Shown in pieces: positions 50,440 to 63,700 of a stretch of DNA of 64,000 nucleotides. Within the stretch, counting starts at the first letter, position 1; every line of letters begins with the position of its first letter. The notes below the pieces were generated by a model that searched no databases, was not told the origin of the DNA, and saw only the letters and a program-made list of their open reading frames with translations. Made by a program: the position numbers and the translations under genes. The stretch is from Heptranchias perlo (Eukaryota). The stretch is from NCBI RefSeq assembly GCF_035084215.1, contig NC_090348.1, positions 17,794,001-17,858,000 on the forward strand, in the 5' to 3' direction.

Positions 50440-51460
50440 GATGACTATCTGGTTGGGAGTTAAGGGCAGTTTTTTCAGAGTGCTTTGAAGTGTGTAGTGG
50501 TGTCCCTCAAGGTTCAGTTGTGGGACCACTTCTGTTCACTGTGTATATTAATGATTTGGATGTAGGCTGAGAAAGGAGTATTGTTGAAATTTGCAGATGA
50601 TACCAAAATAGGATTAGTCAATTTTTTTTAAAGACCAAAGAAAACTGCAAAGGGATATTGATATGATGGGGGAATGGGCTAAAAAGTGGCAGATGGAACT
50701 CAATGTAAGTAAGTGTGAGGTGATGCATTTTGGCAAAATAAATGTCAGTAATTGTATTCTGAATACATGTAGGCTCAGTGCTGTGGAAGAGCAGAGAGAT
50801 TTAGGGGTACGGGTTCACAGAACATTAAAGGCAGCACCTCGGGCTGATAAGGCTGTGAAAAAAGATAATAGAATTCTAAGTTTTATCTCAAGAGGTATAG
50901 AAAATAAAAGCCAAGAGGCAATGATTTAAAAAAAACCTATATAAAACCTTAAGTCCTCAGTTAGACTACTGTGTGCAGTATTGGGCTCCACTCTATAGGA
51001 AGGATGTTTAGGCTTTAGAGATGATACAACCCAGATTCACTAGATTGCTGCCTGATATGAGGAAATAACAAATATGAAGAAAGACTTGAAAATGTGGGTC
51101 TGTTTTCATTAGAACAACATAGATTATGAGGGGATATAGTAGAAGTGTTTAAAATTGTGAAAAAATGGGACAGGGTAGATAGAAAACTGTTTCCATTAGA
51201 TCAAGTGCCAAGAATGAGGGACCATAGATACAAGATTAAATGTAAGAGATTTAGAACTGAGGGTAGGAGAAACTTCTTCACACAGAGCATTGAGAGGCTG
51301 TGGACTTCACTTCCAGGGTTAATTGTTGAGGTCGATTGGATAGGTGGTAGAAGGATTATGGGAATAGTGCAGGGATATGTGATTAGAACTATTTGATCAC
51401 AGGGAGGGTAAACGCCGACATGGACTGGTAGGGCTGAATGGCCTGTTTCCATGTTGTTTC
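50440..51460 (+). mobile_element. Degenerate CR1 fragment
   Basis: ggtgtccctcaaggttcag (GVPQGS), aaatttgcagatgatacc (KFADDT), WAKKWQMELNVSKC, RRNFFTQ, 3' tail. Confidence 0.88.
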
Positions 51461-52254
51461 TCCAGGGCACTGCACCAGACCAGAAGATGTGAGTTCTAAC
51501 CTGTGATTGCATACACAATGAATTCCTGGTCTCAGTCACGTCTTTGGGGAGGTGCTCTGGCTGCTCTCCTGTACTTCCTTGGATCTGGTTACAGAGCAAT
51601 GCTCACCTACCTATTTCTTGGGTGACAAATGGCAGGTGACATGCTGCACTAAAAAAGGCGCACACTTACTTTTAAAAACAGGGCTCCCAAAACAAACAGC
51701 CACAGTACAGAAGTAGAAACATTTTCACTGAGGGAATGATTCTCCATTCATTTTAATGATATTAGCTTAATTGCATGAAATTCTCAAATACAATTGGCAA
51801 GGGTGGAGTGCTGTTTAATGCTCAGTGATGTTTAAATGACTTTTATATAATTAATGTAATTATCACACAAAAAATTATTAATCTTCCTGACTCATTAGCA
51901 CATTATACCTTCTTCAAAATTCATCACACTCCATATTCCCTAATTCACATTATTTCAAGTTATTAGTTTCCTTTGAAAAATAGCCATGTTGGGATCAGTT
52001 CACTCCTCCACGGATCCTGAAACTTTAACTAGTTGGTGCAATAGCTAAAAATGTTTTGAGTGTTTTTAAATGTGATAAATGGATATCTTTGATAAGTTTC
52101 TTGGTTCTTCTGACAGCTGTTGATGTAAAAAAACTGCACTGTCTTAACTGCTTACCTGTCAGTAATTCAAAAGTTATTGATTGATTTTCATCAATAATCA
52201 GCGTGCTGGGAACACAATGCACCCATGTGTTATAAACAAACCTTCTCACCTCAG

Positions 52255-53795
52255 TGAATTAAAATGTTTTGTTGAATTTCTACTGGACTTGATAAGTGGT
52301 TTCCTTCTATCAGATTCAGGGTTTCTTTTTAACTGGGCACCCTGGGAGCAATGTATTCAAAATACTAACTTGTCACCTAGTAATAACTTAAAATGCTTCA
52401 GCTGAATTTTTTTTTGCACTTGACAAGTGACTTTCTTTTGTCTGACACTTCATTTAGAAAATGGACATGCTGGGAATGGTCTGCACATCATCCTGGGAGC
52501 CCAAAGTTTTCACTTCCACTTACACATCTGATTTTTTTTCCCCCAGTGTTTAACATTGCTTACTATCACAATAAATCTGTGCATTTTATTAATACTTCAG
52601 GATGTTATTTTATCTTGCAGCCAGTAGTGCTGAAAAAGTACTTATAGACAAAGTAGAACTTCAATCTATTGAAGCATTCTGGACAGAAATACATTCAATA
52701 GAAATTTGATAGTTTCAGAGTTGCAAAATAGGACCCCTCACTACCAGTTTCCAGTCCACTGAAACTAATTTACCAAAGCACCCCCAGCCTCAGTGACTCA
52801 CCCTACCACAGGCAGTGTTCTGTTTGTATTTGCTTTGATTTTTCTTGTGCCATATTGCTATTTTGCAGGCCCGGAAGGTCTATTCTCAGTGCTGCTCCTA
52901 CATTAGCAAAATTTAAACAGTAGAACCCACTGGCATTGCTGACATAAGAAACATCACAGCAACTACAAGTGGCGTGCTGCCCTTCCGGTAGTGTGGCTGA
53001 CTGAAGCTAGAAGGTCCTTGTTAAATCCAGACTTTGTGACCATAGTTCAATGGAGTGAGCCTAAAGTTATGCAGTGTCCTGGCCAATGTTCCTCCCTAAA
53101 TCCACTACGAAATACAGATTAGCTGGTCATTATTCTCATTGCTGTTTATGGGATCTTGAATTGCGCAAAATGGATGTCACATTTGCCTACCTAACCATTT
53201 CATTGTGTGTGAAGCACTTTGAAATGCAACATATAAATGTAAGTCTTTAGGTAGCCAAAGATTTGAATGTCATACTTAGTCAGTGAATGTGACACTGATT
53301 CATGCTGTACTCCTGATAAAAGATCCAAAATCTGTGAATTCTATTTTTTTTGGTAATGTAAACTCTTGAAAATTGAAACAGATGTATATAGTTTATAACC
53401 ATTCCCCATTTTGATTGCATGGTGCTTATAGCAGGAGTGCATTGATATATTAACGTTTCTAGTGTGTTTACACAGGAGGCAGTAAGGTATTAAGGGTTAA
53501 CACAGTTTTTTTTCCATCTCGGTTTCAATGAGTCAAAATGCTTTGTTGAATTTCTACTGGATTTGATGAGTGGCTTCCTCCCGTCAGATTCTGGTTTATT
53601 TTAAACTGGGCACCCTGGGAACAGTGTGTTCAAGACACTAACTTGTCACGTGGATAACTTGGGAAAAGATGATTTTTTTTGTCGCATTTGACAAGTGACA
53701 ATCTCATGTTTGACACTTAATTTAGAAAGAAAATCTGTTTGCTGGGAATGGTGTGTACACCATTCTTGGAATCCAAACTTCTCACTTCTATTTAA
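52255..53795 (+). repeat. Old ~270-bp direct repeat pair (~52260-52525 and ~53535-53795)
   Basis: Both copies have aaaatg-tttgttgaatttctactgga...aactgggcaccctggga...aacttgtcac...ttgacaagtgac...tgctgggaatggt; roughly 75-80% identical by eye. Confidence 0.8.
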
Positions 53796-56700
53796 ACACT
53801 TAAGGAGGTGGTCCTGGCAACTAATGGCCAAGGATTTCTGTCCTTGCCTGTCTTTGTGTGGGTAACTGCTGCTAATTTGCTCTCTATTCTGGAGATCTTG
53901 TTTGGGTGTTGGTGAGGTTGAGTGAGCCTCTCAAGTGGACCCCCAGATTGCTTGGCATTTCTCCAGTTATCTGGGCTGAACACTCATTCACATTGAAATA
54001 TGTGCCAGAGGGCTTTAGCTATAGGTTTGTTGTGAGGAGAACTGCACTTTCTTGCAGCTAGTAACAAGAGCTGTGCTGTCCTGCTTGTTGGGGAGGGGGG
54101 TGGGGTGGACATAGGAACATAGGAGTGGGGGGCACTTACTCTCCAGTAGGTAGACCCAGGAAGCATTCGATTGAGTTCTCTGGAATTATGAGGTCAGTCA
54201 TGGTTTTATGGTCTCCCTTGCCATTGACCAGAATAGTTGAATTTGGAGCAAGACCAAAATATGTGTATGAGGGTGATCTTTTGGCTACAGTCTTTGCAGT
54301 AAAGGTGCAAAATTTGTCGAACTTGAGTTGATGCTCATGGATTCTGCTGCAGGTGGTGATGTTAAAGGTTACTTTCTATACCTCTTGCTAATCCTTCTCT
54401 GTCAATGAGTGGCTTATGTCTCAACCCCAGACCCCTTTCAGGTTTCCTGTATTCTGTTTTGTCACAGAGGTGAACATAGTGTACAGAGTGGAGATATATC
54501 TCTGAGTGGAGAGTGGAAAAAAAAATTCCTGGCAGCTTGGCTTATGCAAGACTCTGCAAAGTATTACTGGAGATAGTGGTACTGTTTCTGCTGGTAGGTA
54601 GGGTGATAGGCCTGGGAGCTAAGCAAACAGGTCTGAGAGCATAGAGAGAGGGGCCAGGGAAGTTTGCTTTTGGACCACTTGGATAAGAGGCTTTTTTTTA
54701 ATAACCAAAAAGAGAACTCAGTCAATTTGTTCATAATGAATGACAGGTGCCAGGCATGTCCTGTTATGTTTGAATAAGTGCCTACCTAGCCAAGGCCTTC
54801 TGTCTACACTTGCTGCCAGGTTGAGGCGTGTGCTGCGCTTGGCTGCTGGAGAATGGATTGTAGGAGGCTGTTTAGCCGGAATCAAAATGGCCGTCGAGCA
54901 CACTGCAAAATATTGCAAAAAGCAAGGTAGGCGAACAAGAACGTCTCCCATTCCTTGATTTGATGTCTTTAGGAAAGAAAACGTTCAAAAAAGAAATTGC
55001 CGAAAAGCAGACTGCAGCAGTGGCTGTGGGGGAAGTGATTGTCCTGGCTACGGGTTGGTGGCTATTGCCATGGGATAGAGTGACTGGGAGAGTGTGGAAA
55101 GTAATTTGACGTTTTGCTTATAGAAAATTCAGTCAACCAAGAGAGGGAAGAGTGAGGTTTCTATATGTGCAATGTTGAATTTGTGGATCGGTAATGTTTC
55201 AATTTAGAAATGGCATTGTTCTTTGTAAATTGTTAATGATGTCTTTGGTTCCATCCTTATTGAATCTGATTTGATTGACTGTTGAGACTTTTAGTTCAGC
55301 AAATGTCTCCAGTAGTTCAAAACTTGTTAGGTTACCAAATGACACTAGTTATGACAAGTGCCTGAAAGTCCAAATTCTGGTTAACCATGAGTTGCTTCAG
55401 GAGTTGAATGTAGTTGAATTCAGGTATGAAGAATAAGCTGAGAATCCCAACAGAAATAAAGTTACATAAAGTATTGATAGCACAAATTATGAATGCTGTA
55501 ATTGTTGTGATACCTACCTTCCTAATTAGATTTTTCATGCTTAACTATCAATTCCCATTTGCCTGAAGGCAGTTTATTGAAACAATTGATAGTGTAACCA
55601 GGGAGAACAGTCAACAAATTTATTGTCAGTGGGAAGCACCCCTGTGGCAATGTTATAATGGAACCTGCCCTTGTATAATGTTAAAGGGAAACATATATTG
55701 CAGAACATAGAGTAGTAATTACCTGAATGTTCAATAAGAAATGACAAAGTTAAATATATCCAGTAAGATTAGGCTGCTAAATATTTCAACCATGTGAAAC
55801 ATGGTTCTGAACAAGTTCAAAGTGCGACTATGCTTCCAATCCTGCTGGTACACAACAGGAATTATACCTGCAGCAGTTGTGATGTTCTTATTACTATTAA
55901 TATGCAGGAAAAGCAAAGTATATTTACTGGCAGCTTGAAGGAACTCAAATTATTAACAAATTGGAGATACAATTTAAATTCCTGTAAAAGATGAATTTAA
56001 TTAAATTCAATAGTGAGATGTGAATGATTGCATAAATATTATTTTGGAGATTACCATGTATGATGAGGTTTAAATTGTAAAATATCTTGGTCGTGACATT
56101 GAGTATTATATTCAACAGTGATGAGAATTGAGTTATTTACTGGCAATTTTTTAATGTCCAAGATATCTGTGGGTTGTTCTTCATACTAGTAAATATCCTT
56201 ATGATGTTTACAAATGACTTTCACTTGTATATTAAATAGTTATGTATACAGCAGTATAATCTTATTGTGTTTGAGATGATAATCATATCAGACAATAATC
56301 AAAGCTTTCAGTTTAGTTCTTAATTGTCTTGCCGTTGACAAATATATGAAAAGACATTTGTGTTCCATCTTGCCTCTCAACGTAATATGATTAAGAGTGC
56401 AGAGACTGTGATTGTCACTCAGTACAACAGACAAGGTCATTTGCTGCTAGGAATCAGGGTTGCCAAGGGAACGCCAGCATAACTTGATCCCAACAATAAC
56501 TGAATTTAAAATGGGGGAAATGCACTGCCTGCAGTATGTTAAGAATAGTGATTTGAATTTTTTTTTATATACGACTGGTGGTGTATGTTTTTGGTCATAG
56601 CCTATTCTTCTTTCCCATACTAGTAAATAGCTCAAGATGTCATCAGTGGAATCAGGCAGAAATTGTAGGTACTTGGTTCTTTTTACGCAATATACTTATC

Positions 56701-57214
56701 ATGGGACCATCAGTATTACCTAAAATCCATATAACCTTAAGATGGGGGTGTTTCTTTGTTAATTTTTGTATCATTAAAAAATCCACCTAAATCGCTCATC
56801 ATGTTCTTCGACAGTTATAACTTTTGAACATTAATCAGTCACCATATTTTCCTATTTTTAATAATCTCAGCAAAAACTTATAGATTTGCAAATGCAATCT
56901 ACTTATTCTTGATCAGGTTCAGCAATTATACTAAATTCCTTGGTTACAGTAAATGATGCCTTTGTACATTTCATTGGTCACATACTGCTGTTTGCCCCAA
57001 AGGATGTCAAGATTTGTATGTCAGCAGTCAATATTGATACCTCCGGTACAATCCAACACACCAGGCATCACCATGGCTGTGTAACTTAGGCAAGGATATG
57101 AAGCTAGAAAGATGGAGAGAGATTCTCAGCAATAGAATGACAGAGGTATGCTTGAACAGGGAACAGTCTTTTTTTGTTGAAGGAATGCATTTCAGATTTT
57201 TAAAATTAGTTTCC

Positions 57215-57525
57215 AAGATGTAGGGACACTGGCAAGGCCACATTTATTGCCTATTCTTTGCTGCCCCAACAGTAATTATATAATTAAGTGACTTTGTAGG
57301 CCACTTCTGAGGGTAATAAGAGTCAACCTTGTAGAGTGGACTAGTCACATGTAGGCCAGTTATAGGTGACAGGTTCCCTTCCTTGAAGGACAGAGCACTT
57401 GTGATTTCTTTCCTGCTGCTAACCCCCAAATTACCTGCTTTATTGGATTCAGTTTCACAACTTGTAATGGTGGGATTTGAACTCATGATTCCTGGGTTGC
57501 TAGCCCAACACCATAAACACTACCA
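57215..57525 (-). mobile_element. tRNA-derived SINE with a family-B LINE-like tail
   Basis: ggcaaggccacatttattgcc matches the family-B 3' end; gggatttgaactc is a reverse B box; related to ~63420-63700. Confidence 0.6.
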
Positions 57526-57664
57526 ATCTGTAGATAATCAGTGCGGAAGAAGCGGTCCAGACAATGCTGCAAGGATCTAAGCAGATATTTTTGTTATAAA
57601 ATAACTGTACGTCTAATTCTCCTATTTGTTTTAAAAATAGAAGAGAACTTCAAACCTCAATAAA

Positions 57665-57981
57665 AAAAAAGAACTTGCATTTATATAGAGCCTTTCATGA
57701 CCTCAGGACGTCCCAAAACGTAGGTGTTGGCTGAGGGAAAAATATTGGCCAGGACACCAGGGAGAACTCCCCTCCTCTTCTTTGAAATAGTGCCATGGGA
57801 TCTTTTACGCCACCTGAAAGAGGGCAAATGGGACCTCAGTTTAACATCTCACCCGAAAGACGGCACCTCCGACAGTGCACCGGAGTGTCAGTCTACATTT
57901 TGTGCTCAAGTCCCTGGAGTGAGACGTGAACCCACAATCTTCTGACTCAGAGGCGAGAGTGCTACCAGTGAGCCACGCTGA
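57665..57981 (-). mobile_element. Deu-domain SINE with an internal deletion
   Basis: ccgaaagacggcacctccgacagtgca core; ctgactcagaggcgagagtgctaccagtgagcca head. Confidence 0.85.
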
Positions 57982-60067
57982 AACCAACAGATAAAACAAA
58001 CTCTATTGATCATAAATTTGTAATACTGAGATTGAGCTATATTGTAGAATGGCAGTACTGGGATTTGCTATTGAAGCAACACTACTTACATATTATATGG
58101 GAACAGACCAAAGTGAAGGGCCAGGGTCGTTTAGTTCTTTCAGGATAACAAAGGCTTTGCAAGGTCACATTTTAATGGTTGAGTGTCGAAATAGTTCTGT
58201 TAAATTTTTATAATTTTTTTTAATGGAATGGGAGTCCCAATTCTGACTGACACCTAATGTGATTAACTACGAGTTGAAAAATTGTGGTTCACAATAACAT
58301 CCAATTACCAATGAAAAACATGATTAGAACACATCTTAGTGGTGTTTAAGCTTCAGTGACCATAAGCTATTTTTTCTATGTTAAGCTCTTGCTTAACGAA
58401 GCTTACATTCTGTTTAAAAACATAAATCTGGAAGGACTGGAAAACATTGTGCTTTCACTTCTAAGCCAGGTTTGAAACAGTGGAGTGTTTGCTTTGGTCA
58501 CTGATACAATAAGAATATAAGAAAGTATGAAATGAAGAAAAGCCATTCAGCCTATCAATCCCATTCTCTCCACAGACCATGTACAATTTGTCCTATCATA
58601 GACTCTCCCCAAAACTCTTTATGCCCTGGGAATGACAATCCAGCACAAATGAAACCTTCAAGAAAATGAAGCTCTGCGACATTTCTTCCTAAGCATTGAA
58701 TACAATTAAGCAAACCTCCAGGATATTTATGCAACCTTGCAACTCAGGCTATTCAACTCTTGATGAGTTGCATTTCAGTAGTGTCTCATCCATGGTCTGC
58801 CTCAGTAGCACAAAACCAATTGTGTTCCTTAGAGCAGGGACCTCTGACTTTGGCCACGAGGCCACTGAGTTGCCTGGGCCACAAGGTCCACATTGGGGTT
58901 TGAAGAACATGTGGCTCTAGAAATCCAGGTTGGTTATTCATGCCATAGAGTATTTGATTGCCTATATTTAGTTGGTGAATTTTATGTGAATCAAGTTGAG
59001 GGATATTAGTGTTGGGACCATTTCCTCTTTTTTTGACTCCATTGTCAGCCTCAACTGCTTGCAAGTCAATTATAGCATGTTTAGTTCTCTATTCCACCCA
59101 ACAATCCAGCACAGCTCTGGCCTCAGAAGAACACCTCCTATTGCATTCAAGTGTAATTTCCTGTTTCCCAATGCCTGCCATCCTGTGGCCTCCCTAACTG
59201 AAATGTCTAATTAGTGATGGATGGGGGCAATTTTTTGTTGTGGTCCTTGCCCACTTGGAACTTGGCTGAGGCAATATTGATTTATTTCACATGGATCCCT
59301 TAAGAAGACAGGAGATTTCATCAGTCTGGGCTTGAGTTGAGCCCCAGTCCCAAAGGTGAAAGCCTGTATACCAATTAACTATGTCACCTATCCTCTGCAG
59401 TCAATTCTTACAGTCTTCAATCATATTCTTAAACATATACTTGTCTTGTTTTTAAGAGTTAATCAGCGCAACATTGAAAGCTTTATGTGGAAGATTATTC
59501 CACACATCTACAACTCAGAGGAAAAAAAGCATTCAAATTCACTAGGGCCGTGTTAATTATGTAGTTATGTTCTCTAGTTCTGTGATCATAATAAGTTAAA
59601 CAGCATGCTATATGTCATACCTCTCATCGTCATAAAAATGTGTCTCCAATCAATATTTTTTTCCTCTATTGAAAACAAGGTCAATACTTCAACACTAAAT
59701 TATGGAATCGTTATTATCACTTTTCTCTGAGCTCTACTTTTTGCTTGATTACATCACAATATTCATTAAAAATGGTTTCTTGGATCCTGCTAGTTTGTTG
59801 TGAACTGTTCATTATTAGAAAGTTTCTTGTCCGGATGTCAACTGCAGAGTGAACGTGAAATTGAACAGGTCTTTAATTGGGACATTGAGAGGTGGGGCAG
59901 AAAATGTTGATAGGGAGGTTTATGACAAACTGAATTTGTTTTGTAATGAGATTTGACACTTTCAAATGATGTAACATTATTATTTTCTGTTGAATTTGAG
60001 GTTGAAGGTTCACAGTGCAGAGCATTTTAGCCTGTCATCCTTTTGGAAATCTTAGTATTTTTTTGGA

Positions 60068-60094
60068 GATATATATATATATATATATATATAT
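60068..60094. repeat. (AT)n microsatellite
   Basis: Pure AT run about 35 nt upstream of an APAF1 acceptor site. Confidence 0.95.
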
Positions 60095-60129
60095 CATGGG
60101 TGAAAATCTATGTGCTGTTTCCTTTACAG

Positions 60130-60314
60130 AACAGCACAGTGCGGGAGAATTTTCAAGAGTTCTTGTCTTTGGAAGGCCATCTCCTCGTGCAGAAACCCTT
60201 CCCAGATATTGTACAGTTGGGGCTTTGTCAGCCTGACTCCTCTGAAGTGTACCGTCAAGCAAAACTGCAGGCTGTGGAACGAGCCAAAAAAGGAGCTGTC
60301 TACTTGGAATGGAT
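60130..60314 (+). CDS. APAF1: APAF1 coding exon (end of helical domain 2)
   Basis: Acceptor cctttacag, donor gttagt; 185 bp; NSTVRENFQEFLSLEGHLLVQKPFPDIVQLGLCQPDSSEVYRQAKLQA...LEW. Confidence 0.96.
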
Positions 60315-61059
60315 GTTAGTATCTAAAGGTCGTATAATGTCAAAAAACCTGCAAATATCATCATTGTTTGGCCTCTATAATCTTCAAAAGGGATTGAAGT
60401 TATTGATTCCATAGCTTAACTTACATGTGTTTCCGACTCTTATTTGTGTCATATGCAGGAAGCTCCAGTTCCATCACAGTTCATTTGTCTAAAATTGCTA
60501 TGAAACCATGTTGAGTTGTTCCTACCTGACCTTGTGATGAAAACATCGGCAAAATAGTGTTGCAGCGAAAGGTTATTTGCATCAGTTATTTTTCCCCTTC
60601 AATAGAAGTTTGTGTCAGGCTCAGTTAGTCTTATCTATGTCTATAGGAAAACATGCTGAGCATTCTAGTCCATGCAGTTCCCTGGCCTAATAGAAACACA
60701 GTTTGTGATGGAAGTGATGTTTTACTCTGGATTGAAATTTTGAAGTACTGTGGACTGCTGCTGCTATTTCTGTTACATTTATTTTTAAATGTTCTGCAGT
60801 TTACTTTATAACCGTGTTATTAAAAGTGTGGAAAAATTGTGATACAAATATGCTGGCAGCCCTCCATTTAACAGTAGTTGTCTGGTACGTATGTGTATAT
60901 AGCTAGCACATGCGCTGGAGGGTGTTAAACCCAGTAACACATCGAGCGTTGAGATGACATCAGAAGTTGCAAGAGCAGAGCTAAAGTGGTTTCTTATATC
61001 TTGACCCTGACATCTGTTCTTTATCAACAGTGAGTGTTCATAGTGGAAAGCAACTCCCA

Positions 61060-61360
61060 TGATTGAATTACAAGATCTGAACCAAAGTGATGTTGCAGTA
61101 AATGGTTTGAGACTGCACGATTGTTTTTTTTGTTGCTGGGGAATAGCACACTGTGTGTGTGGAGAATAGCATACTGTTAGTGATTGAAACAGAGACCATG
61201 TCAACATTTAAGAATAGGTTTGATAGGTGATTGAAGGAAGAGGTAATAAAGGGATTTGGGAACACAGCTGGCGCATGGGATTAGGACTACTGTTTATATG
61301 GAGGATAAACACCAACACGGACTGTTTGGGGCGAATGGCCTGTTTTCTGGTTGTAATTTC
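61060..61360 (+). mobile_element. Old CR1 3' fragment
   Basis: caacatttaagaataggtttgatagg...ggggcgaatggcctgttttctggttgtaa. Confidence 0.65.
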
Positions 61361-61368
61361 AACGTGCC

Positions 61369-61379
61369 TGTGTGTGTAT

Positions 61380-61430
<51 letters not shown>

Positions 61431-61438
61431 TACACACA
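61369..61438. repeat. Compound (TG)/(TA)n/(CA) microsatellite
   Basis: tgtgtgtatgtatgtgtg(ta)n cacatatatacacaca; self-complementary overall. Confidence 0.93.
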
Positions 61439-61879
61439 GATCAGGAATTTCATTCCACATGTGCGATCTTGAGCTCCCTGGTGCTTGCCACTTCAATTCC
61501 CTGCCCCACTCCCATTCTGAGCCCTCTGTCTTTGGCTTTCTACATTGTTCCAGTGAAGCTCTCACAACTCAGGGAACTGTATCTTTTTACTGGGAACTTT
61601 GCATCTCTCTGGCCTTAATATTGACTTCAGTAACTTTACACCTTAACTACAGATCCCACTTTCCCTTCAGCTGGAGTTTTGAGACTATCTGGTCAGCTAT
61701 CTCAGTCTTTTCCTTCTCCTCTTCTCTTGCCACTGACATCCTCCACCAGCCCTCCCAATACACCGGCTTTCCTCAAATCACTCTTTAGCTTCTCCCCCTT
61801 TTCCTTCCTTGTCCTCATCAAGCTCATCTCCTTCATGAGATCCCCTTCTGTGCTCTTAATTTTGACCTGCTCCTGACAA

Positions 61880-62560
61880 CAGAACTACCTTCCCTTGACC
61901 TAGCGCTCACTGACATAGTCCACCTTTCCTCAGTCTTTATTCCTCCATCCTTCAAAACTGCCATCAGCATCCCTCCTCAGAAAGCCCATCTACGATTGCC
62001 TCATTTCTAACTTTCCTTTTCTAAGATCCTTGTGTATACCGTCACTACTTAGTTCTGTGCTCACCTTTCCCATTACTCTCTGATTCCCTTCAGTTCTGCT
62101 TTTGCCCTGACTACAGCACTGAGATCGCTCCGATCAAGGCTTGACTTCTACAGTGTTCCCAATGCTAGATTCTCAAACTCCAACTAATCCAAAGATCTGC
62201 TGCCCTTATTCTGTCCCACACTAAATCTCACTCCCCATTACACCATCTTTGACAACCTCCATTAGCTTATCTCCTCCACAGCACTGAATGGAAAAGCACA
62301 TCCTCATCTACAAATCTGTCATGGTTTTGCCTCTGTCTATCTCTGCGACCTCTTCCAGCCCTAGATGCTAACGCTCACCCTCTACTCTTCCAACTTTGGC
62401 CTCTTTTGCTTCCCCCCTCTCGCCGCTCTTCCTTTAGTGCTAGGATCTTCAGCAGCCTTGACCCCAAACTCTGGAACTGTCTCCCTCAACTGTTATTCTT
62501 TGCTTGCGTTCTAGTCTCCTTTGAAAGCCTGCTCACCACCTACCTCTTCAACCTACCTTG
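61880..62560 (+). mobile_element. L2-like LINE relic
   Basis: Pyrimidine-rich; ttcaaaactgcc (FKTA), acagcactgagatcgct (STE-A), ctctggaactgtctccct (LWN-LP), acctacctcttc (TYLF). Confidence 0.65.
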
Positions 62561-62680
62561 TTCTATGTAACTAAGTTGTTGGTTATTTGGAATTTTGTGG
62601 TATTTCAAACTGGCTAAAACAAGATGTTTTTAAGTACTGTTCTACATGACTATGGGTTAATGGATATTTTCAAATAATAG

Positions 62681-62807
62681 GAACAAGAAGACCTTGCAGA
62701 ACTTGTCTCGCCTTGTTGTTCGACCTCATCGTGATGCTGTTTTTCATGCCTGTTTTTCTCATGATGGGTTGAAGATAGCTTCTTGTGGAGCAGATAAAAC
62801 CTTGCAG
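62681..62807 (+). CDS. APAF1: APAF1 coding exon (first WD40 repeat)
   Basis: Acceptor aatag, donor gtaaat; 127 bp; NKKTLQNLSRLVVRPHRDAVFHACFSHDGLKIASCGADKTLQ; phase fits the previous exon. Confidence 0.96.
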
Positions 62808-63419
62808 GTAAATAACTCAAATTAATGTTATAAAATTGCTAAATGTAAATACTTGATCCATCTGTGAGTTAACCTAGTATTGTGCTAGAAAATATAAGAA
62901 ACAGAATATTAATACTATACTGATTCTTCGATAGCTCTAATTTCTAAACGTCATGTTATCTGTTGTTTTATGTGGCAGTTAAAGTGCTCAATGAAACCGC
63001 ATTTATTATTATGTGTGACCTAAAACATGACTTGCCATATTTTCGAAAGGGAAAGAAAGCCTAGGAGGAATGCTTTTTATTTAAATTACTTCCCCAATCT
63101 ACACACACAAAAATTAGACTCACCCAGGGTTGGGAGCACCTTTGTTATTGGACCATTCTGGTGATGTCACTGATGGGGAGTGTTCTGGAGAGGCTGCATT
63201 GGAAAGAGGAGGCACGACCATAAAACAGTTTGAAAGCCAATCTGCCTAACCCGAGGAAACAATGCTACCTGCATGTGATGCAGATGTTGTCCTGCAAATC
63301 CAATTTAGAGTGACATTAATTTCTCACTACTTGGGCGTTGCATCCTCTGCAGCCGGTATAAAGTTTAGAAATTAAGCTTAAAAAGTTCCCAGCTGTTAAT
63401 TTTTTTTAAACTACACAAG

Positions 63420-63700
63420 CTCGCTAGGCCACTCAGAGGGCAGTTAAGAGTCAATCACTTTGGTGTGAGACTTGAGTCACATACAGGCTTGGCCGGGTAA
63501 AGAAGGCAGGTGTCCTTCACTAAAGTACATTAGTGAACCAGTTGGGTTTTTACGACAATCCAACAGCTTCACCTTTGCTAGCACCAGCTTTTTATTTCCA
63601 GTTTTTAAAAACTGAATTCAAATTCTCGAACTGTTGTGATGGGGTTTGAACTCCTGTTCCCGGGATTACTTGCTCGGTAACTTAACCACTACTTTTCTGT
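63420..63700 (-). mobile_element. tRNA-derived SINE (same family as 57215-57525)
   Basis: gagggcagttaagagtcaa...cattagtgaaccagttgggtttttacgacaatc...ggggtttgaactc. Confidence 0.65.

Noticed and set aside
54700-55140. GC-richer stretch with aaaatggccg and a possible Myb/SANT remnant
   Set aside because: Too degenerate, and no TIRs or continuous motif could be confirmed.
60043-61788. ORFs with IYIYIY runs
   Set aside because: They are translations of (AT)n microsatellites; only 60130-60314 is a real exon.
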